A stretch of 63,573 nt of DNA, filler included, from Octopus bimaculoides (GCF_001194135.2; 7 parts of 5 records of this genome joined end to end with filler, not necessarily neighbours in it), one strand, 5' to 3'. Numbered from the whole stretch's first letter, positions 12,939 to 26,485 are shown. Notes: generated from the letters alone by a model not told the origin. Translations and numbers: made by a program.

Positions 12939-13366
12939 AGCGCAGGAGTGGCTGTGTGGCAAGTAGTTTGCTTACGAATCACATGGTTCCGGGTTTAGTC
13001 CCACTGCGTGGCACCTTGGGTAGGTGTCTTCTGTGTTTCACCTTGGGCAACTGTCTTTCACCTCGGGCCGACCAAAGCATTGTGAGTGGATATGGTAGAC
13101 GGAAACTGAAAAAAACCCGTCGTATATATGTATAAATATATATATGTGTGTGTGTTTGTGTGTCTGCGTTCGTGCCCCCATCATCGCTTGACAACCGATG
13201 CTGGTGTCTTTACGTCCCTGCAACTTGGCGGTTCGGCAAAAAGAGACTGATAGAATAAGTACTAGGCTTCCAAAAAATAAGTCCTGGGGTCGATTTGCTC
13301 GACTAAAGGCGGTGCTCCAACATGGCCGCAGTCAAATGAGTGAAACAAGTAAAAGAGTAAAAGAGT
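12939..13366 (+). mobile_element. tRNA-derived SINE, family B, near full length (internal TA/TG tract, GTAAAAGA tail)
   Basis: Head AGCGCAGGAGTGGCTGTGTGG..GGTTCCGGGTTTAGTCCC; more than 10 homologous pieces elsewhere in the window. Confidence 0.9.
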
Positions 13367-14270
13367 ATAAGTTATTGTGGGAAATTAGCATTGTCGATTA
13401 AACTACCCAATGAATTCTTCTAGTTCTCACTTTACACAAGATCGAAAGGTAAACGTAATCCGTAAACATTTCAATTTAGAAGTGAAAGTCAAGGAACGAA
13501 ATACTGCAAAATATCATACGTTGTCTACTACTCTCACAATCTTGTTGAAAAATTAAATTTAAAGTTTGTTCAAGGAATTGTTTATAAAGAAAATCAATCT
13601 CAGATATCTTTCAAATGCAGTTCTTTCATTTTTTATCCTCTAACGCAGGAGTATAATTTTCTACATTTATTATCATTGAGTTATGAAGTCTGTATGGAAA
13701 CAAGACTTACATTGTTAAAAGAGTATTTATTATTTATATATTATTGATATTATGACTAGACACAAAGCTAGTTTATTTAGGGTAATCTAAGAGATCAAAA
13801 CGACTGAAGATATTATTGGTAGTTATCATAGTGATCAACAACATTAAGAACTTTAGCATAATATCGCGACACATCTAGTCCGATGCTAAAACATATTAAC
13901 CAGCTCGATCTTGTTTATTGAATATCTTCAACATAAAACTAATTTTGTTGAAGTGCTATATTATCAACTGAATCAATCTCAGTGATTATTGGTGCTGCTG
14001 TTGTTTACTTCAGGAAGCTATCACCAAGCAGAGGTATGATCAAAGCTGTCTTTGCGTGACCAACCTGCCTGTTTACACGTCATTTGTGTCCTAAAATTCA
14101 AGCTCTTTTACGAAAATAGGTGTGATTTTGAAGGAGATTTAATTGATATTTCCAATAGATTGATCATCCATTTTCTTGTACCCACTCTCCATCCTCCCTT
14201 CCCAATTCTCTGTGTATATATATATTATGTGTATAGAGCTGTCTTCGTCTTTTGTTTTTCTGTAAATTTC

Positions 14271-14313
<43 letters not shown>

Positions 14314-14496
14314 TATATATAGGTTTCTTGATGCACACAGAAAAATAGGACTCAAAATATATGTATTGTTTTTCATTAATATATAGCAGAAACAATACAG
14401 TAATTCTCCTGCTAAATATTGATACCTACACATGTATAATATGTTAAAAGTATATAATAAAACGAGAAAAGACACAGATGTAGCTAGCTGTTCATC

Positions 14497-15314
14497 AGTT
14501 ATCGGCCAGAGGGTCAATCATAATTTCGCGCCTCACCGATAATATTGCATTCCCAACTGGTGGCACTGACAGCAAGCACCGCCAGGAATTAGCGAGCCCT
14601 CCCCACAAGAAAAAGCAAGAAACAAAACAGAATAGGAACAAGCAAACAAGAATGCGATTCAGAAAGTTAATATAAAAATGTGGAATAAGTGTAATCCAAA
14701 ACGTGACAATTAGTAGATGTACAAGTGACAGAGAAGAAAGCAAACAAGACTGTGGGAATACAAACGAACTGATATAAATAAGGGAACAAAATAAAGCCTT
14801 AGGTCCAGACAGAAGACGTTAAATGGTCAACGCTGGGAGAATATCCTGAAGGATCTAACGGAGAGACAGCGAAAGGTGAATAGAGCGAAAGACGAGAAAG
14901 CGCGATCGCTTGGTAAGCTAGCTGGTTGTGAAAAGAAAGAGAAAAGACAATGACCACAGGTCTTATGTTAGTAGTAGGAGGGGGGAAAATGGTAGAGGGT
15001 AGAGAGAAATATAGAGAGGGAAGACACAAGAACGTGACAGATAACAGCATAGAATGAAGAGGAGGAGAGAGAGTGAGAGAGAGAGAGAGCGTGTGTGAAA
15101 GTGAGAGGGGAAGTGAAAGGGGTGAGAAAATCGTACAAAAAATATGGAGTATTTATAAACAAACAAAAACAAATGTGCAGTACATAGCGTTGCATTAAAT
15201 AATGAGTTAAAATATATAATAAATGCACTAACAAACACAGAATGTCGCCAACACCTCATTAGTTATCGACCAGAGTGTCAATCATAATTTCGCGCCTAAC
15301 CGATGATATTGCAT
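14497..15314 (+). repeat. Pair of 54-bp direct repeats (14497-14550 and 15261-15314, 50/54 identical) around a CpG-rich unique block
   Basis: AGTTATCGGCCAGAGGGTCAATCATAATTTCGCGCCTCACCGATAATATTGCAT vs AGTTATCGACCAGAGTGTCAATCATAATTTCGCGCCTAACCGATGATATTGCAT. Confidence 0.9.
14803..14912 (+). CDS. Possible internal exon (SRQKTLNGQRWENILKDLTERQRKVNRAKDEKARSL)
   Basis: Strong donor TTG|GTAAGC at 14912/14913; open, charged helical-looking frame. Acceptor is weak and purine-rich. Confidence 0.18.
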
Positions 15315-16183
15315 GTCTTATCGGTGGCGACACACACAGAAACACACACAGACACACACACACACTATATAAATTGGTGTGGGTGACTTATTGCTTTTTA
15401 TGGAATTCATAGATGAATTCAGAACGCAAGTCGACGAAACCAAATCTAATATCACCCTGTTACGAAATCTCTAATTGAGACATTGACTCATCAAAAGATG
15501 AAGCTAAATATATAAAAAAGAAATGTAATTTATTGTGACACAGACTGACATCAGTGTTTGAAGTTATGTTGATTTCTTTTGTGTGATGACAAATCGTTCT
15601 TAAAATATATCACTCTTGAAATGTGTATCAAAGGAAAAGTTTTTGCCAAACATTTTGTTTCGTAATTTGTGTCGACGTATAGCAAAACTCACTGAAAATA
15701 ATTTAATAACACAGTTTCACAGCTGGAAGTTTTTAGTCAGTTACAATAGAATAGCATTCAAAAAATTTATAAAATAAAAAAAAAAACTCAAACTGAGTTA
15801 GCATTATTTACCAGGAAGTTAGTGTGAATTTGTATCGAGTTTGGCAGGAGTGGAAATGTAAATTCGAATTTCCTGAAGTGTGTGTTTCTAAATATCCTGA
15901 CAGGCGTGATTCTGAAAGTTTAGGATATCGCCCTACATATATGCAATTAACCCATATTTTGTGCAGAGGTGGTAATAATATACAAGCTAAACACAATGCC
16001 CCGAGTAATTTTGTTAATGTACCGTCCTTAACAAAATCAACAAAGAAGTCAAAGACAGAATCCTTTACACGGTCAATTTATCTGCTAGTAATAGCGGTTA
16101 AATCTCCTTGAAACTACACCCTGCTGTCTTCAAAAATAACACATCACATTTGAGGGTATTGGGTGGTGTACACTTCACTGAGT

Positions 16184-16568
16184 GGAGGCGCAATGGCCCA
16201 GTGGTTAGGGCAGCGGACTCGCGGTCATAGGATCGCGGTTTCGATTCCCGGACCGGGCGTTGTGAGTGTTTATTGAGCGAAAACACTTAAAACTCCACGA
16301 GGCTCCGGCAGGGGATGGTGGTGAACCCTGCTGTACTTTTCCATCACAACTTTATCTCACTCTTACTTCCTGTTTCTGTTGTGCTTGTAATTCAAAAGGT
16401 CAGCCTTGTCACACTGTGTCACACTGAATATCCCCGAGAACTACGTTAAGGGTACACGTGTCTGTGGATTGCTCAACCATTTGCACGTTAATTTCATGAG
16501 CAGGCTGTTCCGTTGATCGGATCAACTGGAACCCTCGATGTCGTAAGCGACAGAGTGCCAACAACAAC
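16184..16568 (+). mobile_element. tRNA-derived SINE, family A, full length with (AAC)n tail
   Basis: A-box TGGCCCAGTGG, B-box GGTTTCGATTCCC; homologous to 22716-23100 and 43670-43830. Confidence 0.9.
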
Positions 16569-17317
16569 ACTTCACTGAAAAATAAATGAATGTTTTTAAT
16601 CAGAAACCACTTAGAAGAAAATAAGAGCAAGAACAACAACATCAACAATGACAACAACAAATATGGATAGTATTATAAAATGAGATGTAAACTATTCGGC
16701 AAACCAGGTCGCATTTTGAATTGACCTTTGGAATTACTCGGCTAAGAGCTTTGAGAAAGACATGAACATCACTATACCCTTGTCTGTCTTCTTTGAAATA
16801 CTAGGGAATTAACTTCTGTTAAAAATATGCAGTGATTTATTTTGTACATAAAGACAAGGAAAAAAAATAGAGCTAACAATATTAATTTCATTTTTTGTTA
16901 TTCACTCGCAGTGAGAAAAGGGAAGGATGACCAAATCAACATTAGCGAATCGAGAGTAGTGAAATATTAAAATAAGTTGATTAAATAGTTTACGCATAAT
17001 TAATTGCATAACAGTTATTACAGAAGAAGTAACAGGAGACTGTGCTGCATGTGTATCTTTAGAAAGTCGGGCAAAATACTTTGCAGCATTTAGCTATGTT
17101 TCTTTATGTTTCGAGTTCAAACCCCCAGGAGGTTAAGTTTGCTTTAATATTGTTTTTTTTACAGAGTCAATTAAACTAAGTACCACTTAAATGCTGGAAA
17201 GGATACAATCAATTAACTCATTGCTTCAAATAATTTACCTTGTACCTATGTTAGAAATAACCACTATTATAATTTTTACATGTAAGAAATTATAGTTATT
17301 TTACTTCAATGATAGTT

Positions 17318-17605
17318 AAGGCGCATGGCTCAGTGGCTAGAACGTCGAGCTTACGATCGCGAGTTCGAATCCCGGACCGGGCTGCGTGTTGTTTTCTTGA
17401 GCAAGACACTTTATTTCACATTGCTCCAGCTCACTCAGCTGTAGAAATAAGTTGTGACGCCACAGGTTCCAAGCTGTATTGGCCTTGGATAACACTGGTG
17501 GCCTGGAGAAGGGAGACCAGTATGCATGGGCGACTGTTGGGCTTCCATAAACAACCTTGCTCGGACTTCTGCCTCGGAGAGTAACTTTCTAGGTGCAATC
17601 GTCAC
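17318..17605 (+). mobile_element. tRNA-derived SINE with CORE-like central domain (family D)
   Basis: TGGCTCAGTGG and GAGTTCGAATCCC boxes, then TTCTTGAGCAAGACACTTTATTTCACATTGCTCCAGCTCACTCAGCTG. Confidence 0.75.
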
Positions 17606-18487
17606 AAGAGGTAACTCACTTCTTGCTTTTGTTGCAGTAAATAGAGAGTAGTTCTGGACATGAGACAGCATTTCACCCGGCGTGCTAACGTTTCTGCCAG
17701 CTCGCCGCCTTACTAGGACTACTAGTATTAACAGTAACATTGCAAGTGATAATGAATGAATCTAGCAAACATACTCCTACATTCCTTTTATGCAACAAAA
17801 TGTCAGAGATAAACTATTTTGTTTTTCCATCAGACTTATATTCCTCTGTTGAAATACATTTCCTATTCCACATGCCTACAATCTCTTTAATTTAAAGGCA
17901 AATCGTGTCTAATTTTGTGGTTGTTGTTTATAATTTAATAAACACATCTCTGACTAAGACCAGACAGTTTTATCATCGATTCACTTCATGAAACTCTAAC
18001 ATTCTTTAATGACCGAACAACTTAACTATTAAGGAATGTTCTCATTGATTGGGAGTTCACAATAAAAATACAATTTATCTTTGGTTTATCGTTGATTTGC
18101 TCACAAACGATGATTCGAAGTATTTTAAATGATTCAAATAAAAATGTATGCATTAAAATCTGGGGTGCTTATAAATCTCAAATCATAAATATGATTTGAT
18201 ATATATTCCACAAGGACCTACATTGGCCTTCTGGTTTCGATCTTGAGTAAGCAATACTGGAATTAACACTGCATCAAAGTTTATCTTATTTTATGAAAAT
18301 CTAACGTATAAAACTGTATTCACGAGATACAATTTAATTTAACTTTCGTGGTGATTCAATGTAATATCCCACTACACAAAATACTTTAGAGAGATGGCAC
18401 AAGTGCAACAGATTTGAAGACAGGCGATTAGTCGATAATATACACATCAGTATTTGACTAGTACTTCATTTTTATCGTCCCTTAAAG

Positions 18488-18733
18488 CAGCTATCTCCAA
18501 ACTTTTTGAAGCACGAACTTGTTTCTTGCAAGACAATTTTCCTAGTGAACGCGGCATCGCGCACATGACAATTCCGGATAAAGTGCATAATATGGAATCT
18601 AATCATTACATGCATAATACATATATAATGCAAAACAACCTACAGATTGCAATAGTCAATAAAATCTAAACATTTATTCTTTGTCTGCGGCCCGGTACCA
18701 AATGATTCATAGTTCCGTGCTTGTGGACCCCTA
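18488..18733 (+). mobile_element. hAT-Charlie MITE with MER1-like termini, decayed
   Basis: Starts CAGCTATCTCCAAACTTTTTG..GTTTCTTGCAAGACAATTTTCC; ends GCGGCCCGGTACCAAATG...GGACCCCTA. Flanks CCTTAAAG and CTCTATAG resemble the Charlie CTCTAGAG target. Confidence 0.7.
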
Positions 18734-20135
18734 CTCTATAGGATGAAAGGCAAACACTTATTCGACGGTCTTTCAACTAAGATGCCAACGAGCAAGAAAT
18801 ACTGCAACTTCTTTTGTCCGACGCTCTAATGATACAGCTAATCCACCATTTAGCAGTAACTTCGCGAACAAGCTTTATTTTCTTCTCATTAATTGTTACT
18901 ACAAAGTGTGTAGAAAATTTTGAGATACCAGGAAAAAAACCCCCAAAAACCCCATAAAAGATCTTAGTTTACTACAAGATAATATAAAAAAAAAGAAAAG
19001 AGAAGTATTTGTAGTTGCATGTAAATGTAAAGCAGAACAGTGTCGATATAATTTCCGACAATCATTTAATTTATAATTTGTTACCCTTTAAGTAGGCGTC
19101 ATGTTAAAATTTGTTTCNNNNNNNNNNNNNNNNNNNNNNNNNNNNNNNNNNNNNNNNNNNNNNNNNNNNNNNNNNNNNNNNNNNNNNNNNNNNNNNNNNN
19201 NNNNNNNNNNNNNNNNNNNNNNNNNNNNNNNNNNNNNNNNNNNNNNNNNNNATATATATGAAATACTGCATTCAATGTTGTTCGACTATGCTCATTATTC
19301 AGTTTTTCACTACTATTGCTGCTGCTTCTGGCGGTACCGCTACTGCCACTACTGTTGGTGCCGTTGTTTCTGGTGGTGCCGCTGCTGCTGTTGGTGTTAT
19401 TGCTACTACATGTAAGCCGAACTTTGCAGAAAAAGGTCACTGAATATGTACGTAATTGAATATCAGAAAAATAAGTAATTCTACAAAAAATTACTTTGCA
19501 AGTCATTATATATATATATACACATACATACACTCATTCATTCACATATGCATGCGTATTTTTATCTATCTTGCTAGCTAGCTATATCTTGTATACCTTA
19601 TCACTAGACATAAACTATATAGATGCCATTTAAATTCTCGAAAGTATACTCTTGTGTTTGTTTCACTAATAAAAACATTTGAGAATGTAATAACGCATGT
19701 GACACATGAGAGTTTGGTTACCTGCTAACAAATTTATAATAACATGAAGTTTTAATGTCACAGAACAGAAAATTGGTAGAGAAGAAGAAAGAAAACCGGA
19801 ATTAAATTAACACACTAAAAGTTATATAAATAAAGAAACAAAGAGAAAATTATTTGAAAGAATTTCTAAAATTTAAAATAGAGAACACTGCAGATATATA
19901 TTTGTTACCTTTACAGCTTATAGAGTTAATGTAATTTCTTTTACGTCGCGTCATGGAGTACTATGCTATGCAGCCTTTTGAGAGATTCAGAAGAAGAGAT
20001 AGTTTCATCGAAGAAGGAAGTATATCTCTCTCAGAAAAAAAAAGAAAAATGTTTGAGCTACAAACCAGAAACAACAGAGAAAGAACCTATCTGACAGCAG
20101 TTATATTAGTACTCCCCTTCAAAGTACCACGCTGA

Positions 20136-21150
20136 GCGACAAATGGGCTATCCACAGCATTTACGAACGGCTCCGCTCATGATCACACTAACGCTCGTAC
20201 ACTGGAACAAAACCACAATGGATCCCAACCCATTAATATTCTAGACAATAACAATACCAATAATAACACTGATAGGACAAAAGGCCATAACAATAATTCC
20301 ACTGATCTAGATTCCTTCACATCCCCTAATAACATATCCTCTAATAATAATAACTCAACCACAAGCATACGCAACCCTCTAGCCTCCTACACTTGTAACT
20401 GTCGCTCCGGGACTATCTGTCCGCTTCAAACACATTGCGTAAGATACAATGTAATATATAAATGCACCGTGAAAAATCTATTACATAACTCTACTGCCAC
20501 GTACATTGGTGCAACTATAAACTTTAAACATCGCTACGCAGCCCATATGCACTCTTTTAGATACGACAAACACAGTAAATCTACAACATTAGCCAATCAT
20601 TCATCACCTCAAAAACAAAAATACCCAATACNNNNNNNNNNNNNNNNNNNNNNNNNNNNNNNNNNNNNNNNNNNNNNNNNNNNNNNNNNNNNNNNNNNNN
20701 NNNNNNNNNNNNNNNNNNNNNNNNNNNNNNNNNNNNNNNNNNNNNNNNNNNNNNNNNNNNNNNNNNNNNNNNNNNNNNNNNNNNNNNNNNNNNNNNNNNN
20801 NNNNNNNNNNNNNNNNNNNNNNNNNNNNNNNNNNNNNNNNNNNNNNNNNNNNNNNNNNNNNNNNNNNNNNNNNNNNNNNNNNNNNNNNNNNNNNNNNNNN
20901 NNNNNNNNNNNNNNNNNNNNNNNNNNNNNNNNNNNNNNNNNNNNNNNNNNNNNNNNNNNNNNNNNNNTTAGGTTCTATCACAAGCAAAATTGCACAAACG
21001 ATCACGCAACATAATCGCACAGCCCCCCACAGGCAACCTATTCAACCTGGCAAAAACATCCATCCATCACCATCTTTTGAATAGGATTATTTCCTTTCGA
21101 TCATCTCACCACACCTATACCACCAAATCTATTTCTTCTATTCTCAAATT
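20136..21150 (+). mobile_element. Penelope-like element GIY-YIG endonuclease region, spanning an assembly gap
   Basis: Stop-free frame 20136-20630: Asn-rich linker, then CNCRSGTICPLQTHCVRYNVIYKCTV..TYIGATINFKHRYAAHMHSF..STTLANH. After the gap: VLSQAK..GNLFNLAKTSI..LLNR..SHH. Confidence 0.9.
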
Positions 21151-22715
21151 CACAAGAACACTACCTACGCATACAGACTACATCACTTCTTTCAATCCCT
21201 TTCCACCGTCTATAAGTAGGCTTGACAGCATCCTAAAATATGATACTACTAACTACCTTTCCCACCCATCCCTTCCCTTTATCTCTGTCCTTGGTTTATC
21301 ACTCATACCCCCACCAACTATATACTACACACACGCATTCCTTCCTACTCACTAGACCTTTTAACCCCATCCCTCTATTCCTCCTTCACTCTATATGCTC
21401 ATCCCTTCTACCCTGTTGAGACCAACTGACCATAAATATATCGCTACCATCCTCCGCCTCTATCTCTCCTCTATCCCCTTTCACATTCTGTCTTCATGAC
21501 TTGACCTAATTACCGCTCACATTTCACTTGACTTAGCCATTCTTCAAGTAAACAAGCAAAAATCCATCGCAATATGGAATATATGTACCTCTGCTATCCA
21601 TGCTATATCAACTTTCGCTCCAACATAAATTTCCGGATTATCCACACAGGGATTACTTTGCACNNNNNNNNNNTATATATATATATATATATAGATATAG
21701 ATATATATGTGTGTGTGCGTGTGTGTGTGTGTGCGTGTGTGTGTGTGTGTGTGTTTGTGTGTGCGTGTGTGTTTGCATTATACACACATGAGAGGAAATT
21801 AAAGATTATCTAGACTCTTGCCAAAACTTTCTTAGGTTGGCCGCTCTGCTTTCTGCCCCCGCGTGCTAATAGGTGGTACTCTTGAGTTACTTAATCGAGG
21901 TTTGATCTTGATCTCACCACTTTTGCCTTTTGTATTACACAACAAACATAATCACTCCGCTGGCAGTGCGTACAAAGGAAGAACAGAGATCAGTAAACCG
22001 ATTTCTCTAGTTTAAATACTACATACAAATATTAGAATATAAGAATATANNNNNNNNNNNNNNNNNNNNNNNNNNNNNNNNNNNNNNNNNNNNNNNNNNN
22101 NNNNNNNNNNNNNNNNNNNNNNNNNNNNNNNNNNNNNNNNNNNNNNNNNNNNNNNNNNNNNNNNNNNNNNNNNNNNNNNNNNNNNNNNNNNNNNNNNNNN
22201 NNNNNNNNNNNNNNNNNNNNNNNNNNNNNNNNNNNNNNNNNNNNNNNNNNNNNNNNNNNNNNNNNNNNNNNNNNNNNNNNNNNNNNNNNNNNNNNNNNNN
22301 NNNNNNNNNNNNNNNNNNNNNNNNNNNNNNNNNNNNNNNNNNNNNNNNNNNNNNNNNNNNNNNNNNNNNNNNNNNNNNNNNNNNNNNNNNNNNNNNNNNN
22401 NNNNNNNNNNNNNNNNNNNNNNNNNNNNNNNNNNNNNNNNNNNNNNNNNNNNNNNNNNNNNNNNNNNNNNNNNNNNNNNNNNNNNNNNNNNNNNNNNNNN
22501 NNNNNNNNNNNNNNNNNNNNNNNNNNNNNNNNNNNNNNNNNNNNNNNNNNNNNNNNNNNNNNNNNNNNNNNNNNNNNNNNNNNNNNNNNNNNNNNNNNNN
22601 NNNNNTATAGATGTGGGAGAGAAAAAGAACGAGATATAAAAGTGGAGCAACTGCATTGGTGCTACACATTTACATTTGAATAGAGATCTTTAGTTCAGAC
22701 ATTGTATATCATGGT

Positions 22716-23100
22716 GGAGGCGCAATGGCACAGTGGTTCGGGCAGCGAACTCCCGGTCGTATGATCGCGGTTTCGGTTCCCAAACCGGGCATTGTGAGTG
22801 TTTATTGAGCGAAAACACCTAAAGCTCCACGAAGCTCTGGCAGGGGATGGTGGTGAACCCTGCTGTACTCTGTCACCACAATTTCCCCTCACTTTTTCTT
22901 CCTGTTTCTGTTGTACCTGTATTTCAAAGGGCCAGCCTTGTCACACTCTGTGTCACGCTGAATCTCCCCGAGGACTACGTTAAGGGTACACGTGTCTGTG
23001 GAGTGCTCAGCCACTTGTGCGTTAATTTCACGTGCAGGCTGTTCCGTTGGTCAAATCAACTGGAACTCTTGTTGTCGTAACCGACGGAGTGCCAACCAAC
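22716..23100 (+). mobile_element. tRNA-derived SINE, family A, full length
   Basis: Colinear with 16184-16568. Confidence 0.9.
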
Positions 23101-23199
23101 TATATATCATGTGTTCTTTCTGTTTTTTTTTTATTTACTTCGTTAGGGGCTGATTTACTCGGTTTTGGCTGTTATTTTCAATACATTTGTTTTAAAATC

Positions 23200-23675
23200 A
23201 AGTGATTGCATATAAGTACCCTCATCGTTTAACATTGATGTGATGTTTCTACTGTCGTAATCGTCATTATGATGTTAGTATTATGTTTGTGGTAGAGTGT
23301 AGCTGTTGTTACTGTGGAGGCAGTATTTACTATTGCAGGCTAACTAATGCTGTTACTAATGTTCGTGTTTCTTTCTTAATGATGATGATAATGATAATGT
23401 TATTAAATTCATTTCAGAGTAAAACTTTGTTACTGCTTTCAGTTCTGTTAATTTTGTTATCGATAATGTTGCAGTGGTCGCAGCTTGCGTTGTTTACTTT
23501 GATGTTGTAGTTGTTGTGGAACTTGATGTAGATACCGTTGTTGCTTTTCAGTGATGTAGTTGCTGTGGCTAATAGTGTTATGATATTGTTATCGTAGTGT
23601 TGTATTACAATTGGTGTTGTTGTTGTTGTTGTTCTTTGCTCTTGTTGTTGTTACTGCTGTTGTTGTTGATGCTGC

Positions 23676-23712
<37 letters not shown>

Positions 23713-23790
23713 GCTGTTGCAGAAGCAGTGGTTTCTATTGTGGATTTTGTGATGTTGTTGTCTTCTTAATAATGATGATGACGACGACGT
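23200..23790. repeat. Degenerate and perfect (GTT)n/(GAT)n low-complexity tract
   Basis: Read directly; explains ORFs 23283..23510 and 23605..23883. Confidence 0.85.
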
Positions 23791-24938
23791 TATTAAATTT
23801 ATATTTTCAATAACAAAAAGAAAAACAAACAGAAAAAAGCAAGAAAATTCAACGATTTTGCGCACGCACACACACACACACACTCACACACACACGCACA
23901 CGAACACACACANNNNNNNNNNNNNNNNNNNNNNNNNNNNNNNNNNNNNNNNNNNNNNNNNNNNNNNNNNNNNNNNNNNNNNNNNNNNNNNNNNNNNNNN
24001 NNNNNNNNNNNNNNNNNNNNNNNNNNNNNNNNNNNNNNNNNNNNNNNNNNNNNNNNNNNNNNNNNNNNNNNNNNNNNNNNNNNNTGAACAGAGAAAGTGA
24101 AAGAGATTACACGGAGGGGATGAAGCAGCACCGAAATAATTGAATTATGATAATATTTTGCGAGTTTCGATTAGCCGTATTCAATGGAACAATATATTGG
24201 TAAAAGAAAAATAATTTCAATCAAAAGTATATTGAAAAAAGCAAAACAAAACAAGACAAAAAAACAAAACTAAAATTAATCTTTAAAGACGCTTACGACC
24301 AGGGCTGTACTATTAACAATAAGGATTTCTAACAGTTGATTAAGGCTTTAGTGAAAGGTTGTATTCGATTTAATGGCCACCATCCTACCTACTTGACTCG
24401 TATTTCTTTTATAGAACGTGGATGGATGAAAGTCAAAGTTCAATCCGGAGTGATTTGAACTCAAAGCGTAATGGCACTTACAAATAGCCAGCAATTCTAC
24501 TGATTCTTTAATGTTTCTGCCTCATACTTACTACTCAGTAATAAGGATATTGACTATGTTCTAGAAATATTTTTATTTCCATGAAGATAGTAGACGTCTT
24601 CAATGTGATCGCTGGGTTTACTAGAAAAGGTTGCTAAATCCCTCTCAAATCATCCTTGCTAACAAAAATGAATAATAAATGAAAAAAAAAGTGACTCGTT
24701 GGACAGCGTGGTAATAGGTTACCTGGACGTATGAAAAAGACGGAATGGTTATAGTCGGAATCCTTTTGATCAAGTTCCTCCTGTTGATCTAGAGTTAATC
24801 GACAACAATTCGACCTCACAACGTGAAGACGGACGAAATGCCGCTAAGCATGATGAAATCCCTAAGTGCTCAACAACTAACAAGAACTTTTGTGGCACAC
24901 ACACACACGTGCACACACACGCGTGCACACACACACGT

Positions 24939-24992
<54 letters not shown>

Positions 24993-25036
24993 NNNNNNNN
25001 NNNNNNNNNNNNNNNNNNNNNNNNNNNNNNNNNNNN

Positions 25037-25048
25037 TTAATTAATTAA
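25037..25048. other. Artificial scaffold pad TTAATTAATTAA inside N runs (also 31736, 47202, 49628, 55521, 62305)
   Basis: Identical 12-mer with stops in all six frames, centred in short N blocks six times. Confidence 0.95.
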
Positions 25049-25264
25049 NNNNNNNNNNNNNNNNNNNNNNNNNNNNNNNNNNNNNNNNNNNNTATATATA
25101 TATATATATATATATATGCCGTAAGTTTTCTACGGCATATATAACAATGACCAACATATCTCTACTGCAGTAGCTGCACATTGCTCTGTATGCAATTATG
25201 CATCGTAGTCTTAGTTCTGAATAGTAACAGGGAAGTACACAACAAGGGAAGCTTACAAGTACCA

Positions 25265-25375
25265 GTACATGTTTAGAAGTGAAATGTTCATCTATGATAG
25301 AACGAATTACTCGGATGAGGTTAGTCTTTATCTTTTTGCCATAAGGTAAAATAAGCCAGATATTATTATGATACC
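25265..25375 (-). mobile_element. Penelope-like RT thumb/linker remnant (element probably extends to ~26400)
   Basis: YHNNIWLILPYGKKIKTNLIRVIRSIIDEHFTSKHVL parallels the PLE motif NIIWFNPPY..V.TN...FL.LIDKHF..H.L. Confidence 0.6.
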
Positions 25376-26445
25376 TTTTTTCAGGAATTTCTCGTTCCTT
25401 TCGTTTGTATGTTATATATATATGGAATATGCTTCTTACGTTTTAAGGATTTTTTAGGTGTTTTTTTTTATTGTATAGTCTGTAGCTGGATTCCTGTTGA
25501 CTATAATTCATATTTATATTATCGTTATAACTGCAATTATTTTCATTTCTGTTATCATGCTTTTTAATGTTTATTTTTGGTTCATACTCTGTATACTCAT
25601 ACCTTTGGTATGCTTCACTTACAAAAAAAAGAAAATCGTTTTTTCTATATCTCCTAATTAACTCTTTCCAATTCTTTTACCTGTCAATTGATCGTAATCC
25701 CCCTCGGTAGATAAGAGGAGATAGCTCGTTACTCTTGATTACAACCGTCTTTCTGAAGAAGTTGCGATTAAAGATAAAGCCTAGCTCATATTTTAAATTT
25801 TATTTGCACAAATTTAAATTCCCCATAGAAGTACAGTATAATTTTTTTTATCAATCTAATATTATAACCAATTTCTATTTCTTATATTTTATATCCTAAC
25901 TACCTTTTCTGGTTTCATTTAATTGAATAATATCCCACTATTTTATTCCCATTTCATTATATTTCCCCCAGAAAAAATTGTTCTCTTCTATATTATTATT
26001 TTCTTACCTTTCACTCTTCTACGTTTTAATATATTCTATGTTCTTAACGGTCTTCACAATATCTTATCCAAAATTGCATGATATCTCTCACAACCCCTAA
26101 CCGTGTATATTCTTTTCATATGCATGTATAATGTCTCTCAATACCTATAACCGTCTGTTTTTCAAATCCATCATAGTCAGAGGCACTTTTTATGATTTTT
26201 TTCTATTAATTTATGTTCCTCGTAATTTTATTTGCATTAAATGGTATGCTATGTTTCTATCGTAATAGAAATAAAAAAAAAAGTATCCACTATATATTTT
26301 TTCTCCATTTTCTTATATTAATATGACTGTAAATTAGAGAGTTTATTCCTATATATTGTGAAAATTCTCTCAATATATCATCGGTAACACCAGCTGATCT
26401 CTGGATGTCATAAGCCCTAAGGAGGAAATTACACCGTCGGATTGA

Positions 26446-26485
<40 letters not shown>

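Noticed and set aside
25037-25048. Recurrent TTAATTAATTAA as a biological motif; tandem SINEs or the 12-mer array as CRISPR-like
   Set aside because: The 12-mer is a scaffolding pad. No repeat-spacer array or prokaryotic genes are present.
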